Assembly: GCA_963717145.1 (NCBI GenBank)
Contig: OY970325.1
Coordinates: 2,048,001-2,112,000, forward strand
Source: an uncultured Armatimonadetes bacterium
Lineage (GTDB): Bacteria; Armatimonadota; UBA5829; DTJY01
Length of the DNA: 64,000 nucleotides
Direction: 5' to 3'
A model generated the notes under the pieces. The model did not search any database. It was not told where the DNA came from and saw nothing but the letters and a program-made list of their open reading frames with translations. Below, one piece after another: positions 1-13,169 of this stretch (the first letter of the stretch is position 1; each line of letters opens with the position of its first letter). Position numbers and translations under genes: made by a program.

Positions 1-885
1 GTGCCGCCGGGACTGACGCTGCTCACGTTCATCGACTGGCTGAAGTCGCGGCTCACAGGGAGTCGAAGGCGCAAGTGGCTGCCGAGAGTTGCACTCGTCG
101 CCAACGTGCTGCTCGCCCTGTGCCTCTTCGACGGCTGGTTCATCGAGCCGCACAGGCTGACCGTCACACGCATCACCGATTCCTCGCCGAAGATCGCTCT
201 CACCACCGGCGACCTCACGATCGTCCACATCTCTGACATCCATTTCGAGCACGACAACCCGCTCGTCCGCAAAGTACTTCTGACGGTTGCGGCCCAGAAG
301 CCGGACCTGATTGTGCTGACCGGCGACATCCCGCAGCTCGGACCGTTCGACACGGAGCAACTGAGTGAATGGCTCGGGAAACTGAGACGGGTCGCACCGG
401 TCTACGCCGTGCCGGGTTACTATGAGGATGAGGCGGTGATCGAGGATAGCGCGATCAACGATGGAGTCCTGCTCGCTTCGGAGTTCAAGGAGACGGAGGT
501 TCGAGGCACGAAGATTGTTCTCCAGGGATTCGGACCAAAGGACCGAATCTCAGCCGCACTCCGTCCTGATACTGACGATGCCCTCTACATCGTGCTCGAC
601 CACACGCCGGACAGCATTCCGGGCGCCGCTGGGTTGAAGCCGGACTGGTTCTTCTGCGGCCACACTCACGGCGGACAGGTTCGCCTGCCATTCTGGGGAG
701 CGATCGTTACGGCGTCGTACACCGGCAAGCGGTATGAGTACGGGCGGTATCGCGTCGGCACGATGCAAGCGTTCGTGACCCGTGGGATCGGCCTCGAGCC
801 GCGCCCTGCCCCACAGGTCCGCTTCCTCTGCCCGCCGGAAATCGTCGTGCTGAAGATCAGCAGGTCAGTAGGCAGTGAACGGTGA
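1..885 (+). CDS. Metallophosphoesterase, YkuE/YaeI-like (probably 5'-truncated by the window)
   Basis: Calcineurin-like motifs HISDIH, LTGD, LDHTPD, GHTHGGQV; N-terminal TM helix. Confidence 0.9.
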   Translation: MPPGLTLLTFIDWLKSRLTGSRRRKWLPRVALVANVLLALCLFDGWFIEPHRLTVTRITDSSPKIALTTGDLTIVHISDIHFEHDNPLVRKVLLTVAAQKPDLIVLTGDIPQLGPFDTEQLSEWLGKLRRVAPVYAVPGYYEDEAVIEDSAINDGVLLASEFKETEVRGTKIVLQGFGPKDRISAALRPDTDDALYIVLDHTPDSIPGAAGLKPDWFFCGHTHGGQVRLPFWGAIVTASYTGKRYEYGRYRVGTMQAFVTRGIGLEPRPAPQVRFLCPPEIVVLKISRSVGSER

Positions 886-934
886 ACTGCTTTTCTGACT
901 GACAACGGTCGAAGTGCCGGAACAAGGAGCAATC

Positions 935-2092
935 ATGGCAAAGGTAAGACCAGGTCTCGAGGTGTTGATCGACGAACAGATGGGGCTCGTCCGAGGGAAG
1001 AGGGTCGGCCTCATTACTGACCACAGCGCGGTCACGAGCGACACGACTCATATTCTCGACGCTCTCCTGGGCGCGGGAGTGAATATCACGGCGCTTTTCG
1101 CCCCTGAGCACGGTATTCGAGGCGACATCGCGGATGGCGGCGAGGTGCTCTCCGCGAAGGATGCTCGAACAGGCATCACCGAGCACAGCATCTACGGCGG
1201 ATCGGGGAAACCGACGCCCGAGATGCTGGCGGACGTCGATGCGCTCGTGTACGACCTGCAGGATATCGGCGCGCGATATTACACGTTCACGTCCACCATG
1301 TCGAACTGCATGCAGGCGGCCGCGGAGAATGGCAAGCAGTTCATCGTCCTCGACCGCCCGGACCCCGTGAACGGCACGACCGTTGATGGGCAAGTCCTCG
1401 ACTTGGAGTGCGCGTCGTTCATCGGCCTGCACGCGATCCCCGACCGCCCCGGGATGACCATCGGCGAGTTGGCAACTCTGTTCAACGGCGCGCTGGGATT
1501 CGGCACGGACCTCACTATTGTTAAGTGTAAGGGATGGTCACGCGATATGTGGTGGGATCAGACCGGGCTGCCGTGGGTCGTGCCCTCACCCAATATACCG
1601 ACCGTGGATTCCGCGCTGGCCTTCACGATCACCTGCCTGATCGAAGGGACGAATTGTTCAGAGGGGCGCGGCATAGCGCGGCCGTTCGAGATCGTCGGCG
1701 CGCCGTTCGTCGATCCGTTCAAACTGGCCGACTACCTGAACGCGGTCGGGCTCCCCGGCGTGCGGTTCAGACCGGCGCATTTCATCCCACACACTTCGAA
1801 GCACGAGAAGAAGCCGTGCAAGGGCGTCCACATCCACTTCATGGATCGAGACGCCGTTCAGACCGTCCGCACGGGCCTGCACGTCGTCAAGGGACTCCGC
1901 GACCTGCATCCGAAGGACTTCGAGTTCCTGCCGGTGAATTCGTCGGGGAGGAATCACTTCGCTCACGTGGCGGGCAGCCTGAGGACGCAGCAGGCGCTCG
2001 AAGCAGGCGTCCCGGCGGACGAGATCTATGCCGGGTACCAGGAGGGACTCAAGGAGTTCAGCCAGTTGAGGGAGAAGTACCTCCTCTACTGA
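935..2092 (+). CDS. namZ: DUF1343 / exo-beta-N-acetylmuramidase NamZ family, copy 1
   Basis: Motifs FAPEHG, DLQDIGARYYT, LDRP, SPNIP, SEGRG; RBS AAGGAG before ATG 935. Confidence 0.9.
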   Translation: MAKVRPGLEVLIDEQMGLVRGKRVGLITDHSAVTSDTTHILDALLGAGVNITALFAPEHGIRGDIADGGEVLSAKDARTGITEHSIYGGSGKPTPEMLADVDALVYDLQDIGARYYTFTSTMSNCMQAAAENGKQFIVLDRPDPVNGTTVDGQVLDLECASFIGLHAIPDRPGMTIGELATLFNGALGFGTDLTIVKCKGWSRDMWWDQTGLPWVVPSPNIPTVDSALAFTITCLIEGTNCSEGRGIARPFEIVGAPFVDPFKLADYLNAVGLPGVRFRPAHFIPHTSKHEKKPCKGVHIHFMDRDAVQTVRTGLHVVKGLRDLHPKDFEFLPVNSSGRNHFAHVAGSLRTQQALEAGVPADEIYAGYQEGLKEFSQLREKYLLY

Positions 2093-2096
2093 TGCC

Positions 2097-3572
2097 GTAA
2101 CAGTTCAGGCTTGTGGATCATTTTGCGAGAGCAGTGAGAGTTTTTCCGACATTGTCGGCTTGCAATAGGAAGGACCCTTGGCCGGGCGGGTGGAACATGC
2201 CTGTGTGGAAGAGTTCGACGGTCTGACAAGAGAAGAATTGGTGGGCATTGTCCTGGAGCAGCGGGAGATGATCCAGCGTCTCGTCAAGGAACTGGAGGAT
2301 CTCAAGGCAAAGCTCTCGGGTGGCGGCAGTTCCACCCCCATACCTGACTGGGTCAAGCCGAACCGCAAAGAGCGCCGGGCAGCCGAACGAAAGAAGCGCC
2401 AGAAGTCGTTCGTTCGCAGGCGGGAGACCCCCACCCGTGTAGTCGAGCATGCGCACTCGAAGTGTCCGGACTGCGGTCGGGCACTCACGGAGGGCACGGT
2501 AAAGAGAGTCCGCCAGGTTATTGATATACCGATCGTGCCTGTGGACATAGTCGAGCACAGATTCATCGCCAGAAGATGCGGATACTGTGGCAAGGCGCAT
2601 GTGCCGAAGGTTGACCTGTCGAGCCAGGTTGTAGGCAAGCATCGAGTAGGCGTGAACCTGATGAGCCTGATATCGTATCTTTCGACAGTAGGCCGTATGA
2701 CAAAGCGAACGATACAGGGGTTGCTGAAGGCTCTGTATCGTCTTCATCTCTCTGTGGGAGAGATAAGCGAGATATTGCACACGGTGGCAGGCTGTGGCAG
2801 AGGCGAGATGAAGGGACTTCTATCGCTTGTACGCGGAAGTCCATACATAAACGCAGACGAGACGGGCTGGAGAGAGGACGGGCTCAACGGATACATCTGG
2901 ACCTTCTCCACTAAGAACGTGCGATACTTCATCTACCGGCGGAGTCGGAGCGGAGAGATACCTAAGGAAACGATAGGCGGCGACTACGAAGGGGTGGTGG
3001 TAACGGATTGCTACGCCGGATACAACCCCGTAGTTGCAGACCGTCAGATATGCTGGGCACATCTGGCCAGGGAACTGCACAAACTGAAGGAGAAGAACGC
3101 CGATAACCCGGACGTCATATCATGGGCGGATGCGGTGAAGGGTGTTTACGATCAGGCAAAGAAGTTCCGGAGCAAGAAGGCGGAGGTTCGCAAGTGGAAG
3201 CGAGTGCTCTTCGAGGAAGAGGTAGAGACGCTCTCAGGTCCGTATGTCGGCTTAGAGGTTCCACAGCAGGTGCTGGCAAAGAGATTGACGGATCGCTTGC
3301 ATGAGTTGTTCATGTTCGTAGAGTACCCGGAAGTACCGTCGGACAACAATGGCGCAGAACGAGCGCTGAGGCCGTGTGTGATCGCCCGCAAGGTATGCGG
3401 AGGCACACGAAGCGCGAAGGGTTCCGAGACAAAGATGACGCTCATGAGTCTGTTTGGCACATGGCACGTCCGAGGGCTGGACATGCTCGAGTCCTGCAGG
3501 CAACTGCTCGCAGGCAAGTCTGTCCTCTTCCCCGCCTGATCAAACTCGTTATCCCCAAGCGTGAACTGTTAC
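2097..3572 (+). mobile_element. IS66-family insertion sequence (single-ORF, ISBst12-like organisation)
   Basis: 22-bp terminal IRs (GTAACAGTTCAGGCTTGTGGAT vs GTAACAGTTCACGCTTGGGGAT) and 8-bp direct repeat CTGATGCC at 2089-2096 and 3573-3580. Confidence 0.95.
2178..3539 (+). CDS. IS66 family transposase (TnpC-like)
   Basis: Coiled coil, CPDC..CGYC zinc finger, ADETGW, TDCYAGY, CWAH, DNNGAERALR. Confidence 0.95.
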   Translation: MAGRVEHACVEEFDGLTREELVGIVLEQREMIQRLVKELEDLKAKLSGGGSSTPIPDWVKPNRKERRAAERKKRQKSFVRRRETPTRVVEHAHSKCPDCGRALTEGTVKRVRQVIDIPIVPVDIVEHRFIARRCGYCGKAHVPKVDLSSQVVGKHRVGVNLMSLISYLSTVGRMTKRTIQGLLKALYRLHLSVGEISEILHTVAGCGRGEMKGLLSLVRGSPYINADETGWREDGLNGYIWTFSTKNVRYFIYRRSRSGEIPKETIGGDYEGVVVTDCYAGYNPVVADRQICWAHLARELHKLKEKNADNPDVISWADAVKGVYDQAKKFRSKKAEVRKWKRVLFEEEVETLSGPYVGLEVPQQVLAKRLTDRLHELFMFVEYPEVPSDNNGAERALRPCVIARKVCGGTRSAKGSETKMTLMSLFGTWHVRGLDMLESCRQLLAGKSVLFPA

Positions 3573-3640
3573 CTGATGCCTTGCCCACAGATAGACGAAG
3601 TGCTAGAATGCACGCGAGACATGGGGCGGAAGAGAAGGAG

Positions 3641-3716
3641 TGGTGGAGCAGGGGGGATTCGAACCCCCGACCTCATCCGTGCGAGGGATGCGCTCTCCCA
3701 ACTGAGCCACTGCCCC
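3641..3716 (-). tRNA. tRNA-Ala (anticodon CGC), CCA encoded
   Basis: Reverse complement GGGGCAGTGGCTCAGTTGGGAGAGCGCATCCCT-CGC-ACGGATGAGGTCGGGGGTTCGAATCCCCCCTGCTCCACCA, 76 nt cloverleaf. Confidence 0.97.
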
Positions 3717-3767
3717 ACTCGGACTGGATTATATCAGGTTTTCAGTTTGGAAGTCAAGGGTGAAACC

Positions 3768-3836
3768 CCGTAGTGGCCGTGCCTCTGTGCCGGCCAACGA
3801 CCGGGGGTGGCCGGCACAGAGGCACGGCCACTACGG
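3768..3836. repeat. REP-like palindrome, GTAGTGGCCGTGCCTC family (intergenic copy)
   Basis: 29-bp inverted arms; related copies at 36139-36207 and 60954-61056. Confidence 0.9.
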
Positions 3837-3855
3837 CGAGAATGAGAGGTAAATC

Positions 3856-5015
3856 GTGCCAAAAGTCAAACCCGGACTCGAGATCCTGCTCGAACAGAAG
3901 ATGGAGATCGTTCGCGGCCAACGCGTCGGCATCGTGACGAATCACAGCGCCGTGACCACCGACCTCGCCCACATTGTGGACGTCCTGATTGCGTCAGGGG
4001 TCAACGTCCGCGCATTGTACGGCCCGGAGCACGGCGTCCGTGGCGATGTTGCGGACGGCAAAGAGGTCCCGTCCGGTAAGGACCCGCATACCGGCGTCCC
4101 GGTATACAGCCTCTATGGCCCGACCAAGAAGCCGACCGCCGAAATGCTCGCTGACGTGGATGTGCTTCTGTTCGACATCCAGGACCTCGGGGCGCGGTTC
4201 TACACATACCTGTACACGATGTCCTACTGCCTCCAGGCCTGCGCTCAGTATGGCAAGAAGTTCGTGGTGCTCGATAGGCCCAATCCGGTCAACGGCCTGG
4301 CGGTCGAGGGCAACATCCTCGACAAGGGTTTCGCCTCATTCGTGGGGCTGCATCCGATCCCGATCAGACACGGGTTCACGGTCGGCGAGGCGGCTCAGTA
4401 CTTCAACTCCGAACTCGGCTTCCACGCCGATATGGAGGTCGTCCCGTGCCAGGGATGGAAGCGCTCGATGTATTTCGACGACACCGGCCTCCCGTGGATC
4501 ATGCCGTCGCCGAACATGCCGACAATCGAGGCGTCGATCCTGTACACCGGGCTCTGCTTCATCGAGGGGACGAACATCTCCGAGGCGCGCGGCACGAGCA
4601 AGCCGTTCGAGATGGTCGGGCGCCGTTCATCGACGCGTACAAGCTGGGCGACCACATGAATGCGCTCGAGTTGCCCGGCGTGCGATGGAGGCCGACGAGC
4701 TTCTTCCCGACTTCCTCCAAGCACAGAGACGCGCACTGCTTCGGCGTCCAGGCGCATCTGACGGACCGCAACAAGGTGCAGACGGTCACTCTCGGCCTGC
4801 ATCTGATCAAGGCACTGCACGATCTGTTCCCGAATGACTTCCAGTTCCGCGCGTCGGGACCTTCGGGGAAGAGCTACTTCGACCTGCTTCTGGGGACGGA
4901 CAAAGTGCGGGCGGCGATCGAGGCGGGCACGTCGGTTCCGCAGATCGTTTACTCCTGGCAGGAGGATCTGTCGGAGTTTACGAGGAAGCGCCAAGGGCAT
5001 CTGCTGTACATTTGA
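3856..5015 (+). CDS. namZ: DUF1343 / NamZ family, copy 2 (one frameshift near 4620)
   Basis: ORFs 3856-4659 and 4446-5015 join into a full paralog of copy 1 (YGPEHG, DIQDLGARFYTY, LDRPNP). Confidence 0.88.
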
Positions 5016-5020
5016 TCCCT

Positions 5021-5208
5021 CGTACTCCTACTCGTACTCGTACTCGTGATGCACCGATCGGGCGAAGCATTGGCGATTGTTGGCCGCACATCTCAGCAGT
5101 CCGATGGGCCAATGCTTCGCCCCTACGACATCGGTGTCGAGATTGTCGGCAACACATCTCGGCAGTCCGATGGGGGCCAATGTTTCGCCCCTACGACATA
5201 GATGTCGA
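5021..5208. repeat. Composite repeat: (TACTCG)n, a GGGCGAAGCATTGGC/GCCAATGCTTCGCCC inverted pair, and two ~67-bp direct repeats
   Basis: Direct repeats at 5075-5140 and 5141-5208, each containing TTCGCCCCTACGACAT. Confidence 0.8.
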
Positions 5209-5317
5209 GACGTGAAAAAGGGCGCGGATCCCGCCTTCCCCCGAACCCAGAAAATCTGAGCTGCGGAACCCACACCCTCTATCACATTAGACGCAGACAA
5301 TCCCAGGATTGTTCACA

Positions 5318-6031
5318 CTATCCGGCAAGCTCATCGAGAATCCGCTGGGCGGCGGCGACTCTGTCCTCAGCGCCGGTGATCGCACGGCCGATGACCATGT
5401 AGTCCGCCCCACATGATGCCGCTTCCGATGGAGTCATGATTCGCTTCTGGTCGTTCGCCGCGGCCCATGTCGGCCGCACTCCGGGTGTCACTACAACGAA
5501 ATTCGGTCCGCAGGCCGACTTGATCGGGACGATCTCGTGTGGCGAACAGACGACCCCGTTCAGGCCGGCATTCTGCGCCAGTCGGGCGAGACGCGTGACC
5601 TGTCCCTCCATGATGATGGGGACGCCCAGTTCGGCGTGGAGCATGTGCTCGCTGATGCTGGTGAGGATCGTGACGCCGATGACGAGCGGTGTCTCGATTC
5701 CCTGCTTGCCGGCTTCCTCGGATGCTGCTTCGTGCGCCGCCCTCATCATCGCCGAGCCGCCGGTCGCGTGGACGTTGAACATCCAGACGCCCATGCGGAC
5801 AGCCGCCCGCGCCGCGCCCGCGACGGTGTTCGGGATATCGTGGAACTTGCCGTCATAGAATATCCGCTCAGCGCCGGCCTCGCGGAGCGCCTCGAAGATG
5901 CGCGGACCGGTCGAGGTAAACAGCTCCATGCCGACCTTGAACCCGCCAACGTGATCGTTCAGCTCTCTGACCAGCTCAACCGCCTGCCCCTCGCTCGATA
6001 CATCGAGCGCCAGAATGATCTTGTCCTTCAC
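5318..6031 (-). CDS. pyrF: Orotidine-5'-phosphate decarboxylase
   Basis: ALD, FKVG, DGKFHDIPNT, TPGVRP, DQKR; GTG start after GAGGG. Confidence 0.96.
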   Translation of the reverse strand: MKDKIILALDVSSEGQAVELVRELNDHVGGFKVGMELFTSTGPRIFEALREAGAERIFYDGKFHDIPNTVAGAARAAVRMGVWMFNVHATGGSAMMRAAHEAASEEAGKQGIETPLVIGVTILTSISEHMLHAELGVPIIMEGQVTRLARLAQNAGLNGVVCSPHEIVPIKSACGPNFVVVTPGVRPTWAAANDQKRIMTPSEAASCGADYMVIGRAITGAEDRVAAAQRILDELAG

Positions 6032-6049
6032 GTCACCCTCCTTCGTTGG

Positions 6050-6127
6050 AACACAGAAACACAGAACGGAAGCGGAGCACACAGAAGAGAATTCTGTGGT
6101 TTCTGTGCACCTCCGTGCTTCTGTGTT
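6050..6127. repeat. Inverted arrays of CACAGA-type short repeats between pyrD and pyrF
   Basis: ACACAGAAACACAGAA...TTCTGTGGTTTCTGTG..CTTCTGTGTT. Confidence 0.7.
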
Positions 6128-7040
6128 CTAAGTCCTTACCGCTCCGACTATCTCGCTGATGTGACTGAACCCGTGGCGGTCGAGGTAGGCCTCCAGGCCG
6201 TCGATGATCTCCATCGTGCAGTTCGGGTTCAGCGAAATTCGCCGTGCCGACCTGGACCGCATGTGCGCCCGCGAGCAGGAACTCGACCACGTCGTCCGCT
6301 GTCATTATTCCCCCGATGCCGATAACCGGAACCCCGACTGCCTGCGCCACCTGCCAGACCATCCGGAGCGCGACCGGCTTGATCGCAGGTCCGGACAGCC
6401 CGCCGGTGACGTTCGCGAGCCTGAACCTGCGCGTCTCAGGATCGATCGCCGTCCCGAGCAGCGTGTTGATCAACGAGACAGCATCAGCGCCGGAGTCGAC
6501 GCAGACCCTCGCCATCTGGAGGATGTCCGTCACGTTTGGGGAGAGCTTCGGGATCAGGGGAAGCTTCGTCGCCTTCCGGACCGCGCTGATGACCGTGCCG
6601 AGCATCTCGCAATCAGTGCCGAACGCGATGCCGCCCTCCTTGACATTCGGGCAGGAGACATTGATCTCCAAGCCGTCGACGCCCTCCACGCCATCGAGCC
6701 GCCGGGCAACCTCGGCGTATTCGTCGACGGTCTTGCCAACGATGTTGACGATGACCGCCGTGTCGAACTGCCGCAGCCAGGGGATCTTGTCGTTGATGAG
6801 GCTCTCGATCCCGTCGTTCTGGAGGCCGATGGCGTTGAGCATCCCGGCGGGCGTCTCGGCGATCCGGTCGGGCGGATTCCCGGGCCAGGGATCGATCGAC
6901 GTGCCCTTGGTCACGATCGCCCCGAGCCGGTTGAGATCGACCAGGCCCTCGTACTCCTTGCCGTAGCCGAACGTCCCGGACGCGACCATGACCGGGTTTT
7001 TCATATCTATCCCGGCAATTGTGGTGGCCAGTTTGCCCAT
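6128..7040 (-). CDS. pyrD: Dihydroorotate dehydrogenase family 1B, catalytic subunit (frameshift near 6220)
   Basis: [31 protein letters not shown]; the expected C-terminus (...IIDGLEAYL...IVGAVRT*) lies in another frame ending at 6128. Confidence 0.93.
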
Positions 7041-7042
7041 TG

Positions 7043-7357
7043 CTAGAGGTCACTCTCTCCCTGTTCCCCAAGAAAGTCCCGCAGGTCTCGGGCAGTTCGG
7101 ATTATCGGCTCATCAAGCCTCTTGCGCAATTCCGGGTCGATCTCGCCCTCTGCGTAACCCGTCGCCATACCAGTCCTAGTGTTCACTACCCAGGAGTTGG
7201 TCCAAATCCGCTCACCTAGCAACCGTCCGATGCCGCGAGCGACGCCCCCTACTACGCCTGCAACTGCAGCAAAAGTTGCCCTTTGCTTGTGCTTCTGTAG
7301 CAGTTTCGCGATGCGCCGGGCCCTCTCACTTCGATCGCACGGATTCGGCTTATTCAT
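7043..7357 (-). CDS. Small hypothetical protein, weakly resembling the MGMT/ATL DNA-binding fold
   Basis: 104 aa with [29 protein letters not shown] resembles the MGMT HTH; no PCHRV motif. Confidence 0.55.
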   Translation of the reverse strand: MNKPNPCDRSERARRIAKLLQKHKQRATFAAVAGVVGGVARGIGRLLGERIWTNSWVVNTRTGMATGYAEGEIDPELRKRLDEPIIRTARDLRDFLGEQGESDL

Positions 7358-7392
7358 CGCAAGTCGCCTCCCTTCGTGGCAACAACCTTTGT

Positions 7393-8178
7393 CTAGTCCC
7401 AGATCACTTCCCGCGCATCGAAAACCGGGCCTTCGGCGCACGATCGGACGTACTTGAACGAGTCGCCGTCGCGGACCTTGATAACGCAGCTCAGGCATGC
7501 GCCCACACCGCAGGCCATCTTCGCCTCGACGGAGACCTGGCACTCACAGACATGCTCCCGTGCGAGCTTCGACACGGCCTTGAGCATCGGAGTCGGTCCG
7601 CAGGCGTAGACGATCGGCGGCACGCAGAACTCCTGGCCGTCAAGGCACTCAAACATCCTGTCGGTCACGAACCCATGGAAACCCGCGCTGCCGTCATCCG
7701 TGCAGGCATGGTAGTCATGACAGTGCTTCTCGAACTCCTGTCGAAATAAGATCAGGTCCGCCGTGCGAGCACCCGCGATGAAGGTCACGCGGTCGGAGCC
7801 AAAGCGCTCTTCCAGCTTGCGGCCCAGGAAGTAGAGAGGTACGGCCCCGATGCCGCCACCTACCAGGAGAAATGGTCTGGAATCGTCCGTCTCGGGGATC
7901 CTGAACCCCTGGCCGAGCGGGCCGAGGACATCGATGAGTTCCCCCGGTTTCCTCTCGGAGAGCGCCTTCGTGCCTCGCCCTCGGACCTCATACACGATAA
8001 CGATCTTGCCTGATTCGGGGTCGGTATGATGTATGCTGAACGGCCGCCGAAGCAGAGGGTCGTATCCGCTGGGAGTGCAGAGAACGTGCACGAACTGCCC
8101 CGGCGAAGCAAGGCAAACGATCTCCGGAGCATCGAGCACAAGCTGGTGAATCCCTGGGCCGCGCTCCGCGTGCTCCAA
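7393..8178 (-). CDS. pyrK: Dihydroorotate dehydrogenase electron transfer subunit
   Basis: RRPFSI, GPLG, GGGIG, CGP, CGVGACLSC..C [2Fe-2S] motif; start approximate (TTG). Confidence 0.93.
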   Translation of the reverse strand: MEHAERGPGIHQLVLDAPEIVCLASPGQFVHVLCTPSGYDPLLRRPFSIHHTDPESGKIVIVYEVRGRGTKALSERKPGELIDVLGPLGQGFRIPETDDSRPFLLVGGGIGAVPLYFLGRKLEERFGSDRVTFIAGARTADLILFRQEFEKHCHDYHACTDDGSAGFHGFVTDRMFECLDGQEFCVPPIVYACGPTPMLKAVSKLAREHVCECQVSVEAKMACGVGACLSCVIKVRDGDSFKYVRSCAEGPVFDAREVIWD

Positions 8179-8182
8179 AACC

Positions 8183-11588
<3,406 letters not shown>

Positions 11589-11599
11589 AATCCCTCGTT

Positions 11600-12487
11600 C
11601 TAGAGTCGCTTCCGAAGCATAACTTCCATGATCTCGCCGGGCACCAACCGCCCGAGTGTCTTTGAAAACAAAAGGTTCAACTTGAAAACTGCGGTCTTGA
11701 GTCCGCCGCCCGAGCCTCCGCCGGTCGCCTGCCCGCTCTTCTGGACCGTATATCTTACGTTCTGCACCAGGAAGAGGAATGGCAGATACGTGATCTTCTC
11801 TACTATCAGCCCGGCTCTCTCCGCTGCCCGGCGAATCGATCGCATATCGAAATGGTACAGATGCACGGGCAGGCACCATGGGTACCAGTTCGCCCCGAAT
11901 ATGCGCCTCTCGATGCACCGACAGTTCGGCAGCGAAATGAGAGCCGCACCGCCTGGTTTGAGCAGATCGCGCACTCTTTCCAGCAGTGCGACCGGATCGT
12001 CCACATGCTCGATCAGGTGCGACATCAGGACTGCGTCGAATGACTCCTTGTCCGCGTCCAGGCTTGACAGGTCGCCGGTGATGACGTTCAGGCCTCTCTC
12101 TTCCCGCGCAACCCGAGAGCTTTCCTCTCCCAACTCGACCCCAAAGACCTCGAATCCGCGGTCCCTCATCATCTCCAGAAAGAGGCCCTGACCGCAGCCG
12201 ATATCGAGCACGCGCTTCCCTGATCCGGGCCCGATCGCTCTTTCGAGGCGGTCGGCCAGGCGACTCTGATACATTCTGATGCGGGCCGCCTTACCTGAAT
12301 CAGCCCTCTCGTCGGGCTCGTAGTACTTCGCTCTCTCCTCTTCCGGGATCAGCGGCTCTGTTACACAGAGACCGCATTCCGTGCACCGCATCACCCTGAA
12401 CTCGCCCGGTAGACCCCGCATCCGGTCCGGGCCGGCGATCACCAGTTCATAGGACTCGCCATCGCATAAGATGCAGGGAGTCTTCAT
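11600..12487 (-). CDS. Class I SAM-dependent methyltransferase with N-terminal Cys motifs
   Basis: [35 protein letters not shown]. Confidence 0.88.
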   Translation of the reverse strand: MKTPCILCDGESYELVIAGPDRMRGLPGEFRVMRCTECGLCVTEPLIPEEERAKYYEPDERADSGKAARIRMYQSRLADRLERAIGPGSGKRVLDIGCGQGLFLEMMRDRGFEVFGVELGEESSRVAREERGLNVITGDLSSLDADKESFDAVLMSHLIEHVDDPVALLERVRDLLKPGGAALISLPNCRCIERRIFGANWYPWCLPVHLYHFDMRSIRRAAERAGLIVEKITYLPFLFLVQNVRYTVQKSGQATGGGSGGGLKTAVFKLNLLFSKTLGRLVPGEIMEVMLRKRL

Positions 12488-12490
12488 CGA

Positions 12491-12736
12491 TCAAGCCGCA
12501 CGCATGGCCTCAATCTCATTCGGCGTATATGCGAGCAATATGCCGATCTGCTGGGCATCCTCGCCAAGTTCCTCGCGCAACACAGATCGGATCTTGGTCT
12601 GGCGATCAACGTGATCCACATCTTCAAATCCAGCCCAGATAACGGAGCCGGACATCCGGCCGCCCGACGGCGGGTCGATCTCGACTTCCATTCCTGGAAA
12701 TGCGATCTTAAGGATGCTCTTCACTCTCTCTTCCAT
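12491..12736 (-). CDS. Small BolA-like protein (putative)
   Basis: 81 aa; pattern VIWAGFEDVDHVDRQTKIRSVL..EL..AYTPNE resembles BolA/IbaG. Confidence 0.6.
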   Translation of the reverse strand: MEERVKSILKIAFPGMEVEIDPPSGGRMSGSVIWAGFEDVDHVDRQTKIRSVLREELGEDAQQIGILLAYTPNEIEAMRAA

Positions 12737-13164
12737 TCTTGCTCTCCTTGGTTGATGATCTCATGAGCGTGGCCCAGAACTCTGCGGGCAAGATTCCGCC
12801 ACCGCTCGCCCGGGACTCTGAACTCAGCTTTGATCCCACTCAGATAGTCAAGTAGCTGACGTTCGGAGTAGTAGCGATGATTGCTGCGCCACCTTGTGTT
12901 CATTAAGACGAACAGAGCCGAGAAGCGGCCCAACTGCCCACTTGGAACCGCATCGTAGTACCCCGACTCCTTTGCCAATTGCTGCAAGTCGTGCCGCGAC
13001 TCGAAGTCTCTTCTCCGCCTCAGAAGCCAACCTCTCAGGTGGCACTCGACCGCAAGCCCCGAAAGATAGTGCGTCAGGTAATATGATCTGCCATCAAACA
13101 GATCTTGGGCTCTGGCCAAGTGCTCCTTAGCTGCTGCGCGATATGTTTCTTCCGTGCAGAACAT
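12721..13164 (-). CDS. HEPN-domain protein
   Basis: 147 aa; YLSGLAVECHLR, HDL, RWRSNHRY typical of HEPN; overlaps the downstream BolA-like start. Confidence 0.75.
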   Translation of the reverse strand: MFCTEETYRAAAKEHLARAQDLFDGRSYYLTHYLSGLAVECHLRGWLLRRRRDFESRHDLQQLAKESGYYDAVPSGQLGRFSALFVLMNTRWRSNHRYYSERQLLDYLSGIKAEFRVPGERWRNLARRVLGHAHEIINQGEQEWKRE

Positions 13165-13169
13165 AGCAG

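Noticed and set aside
3641-3716. tRNA-Ala as integration site of an island
   Set aside because: No duplicated tRNA 3' end or site-specific integrase seen; the nearby IS has its own TSD
5075-5208. Possible CRISPR array
   Set aside because: Only two contiguous ~67-bp units, no unique spacers, and no cas genes in the window
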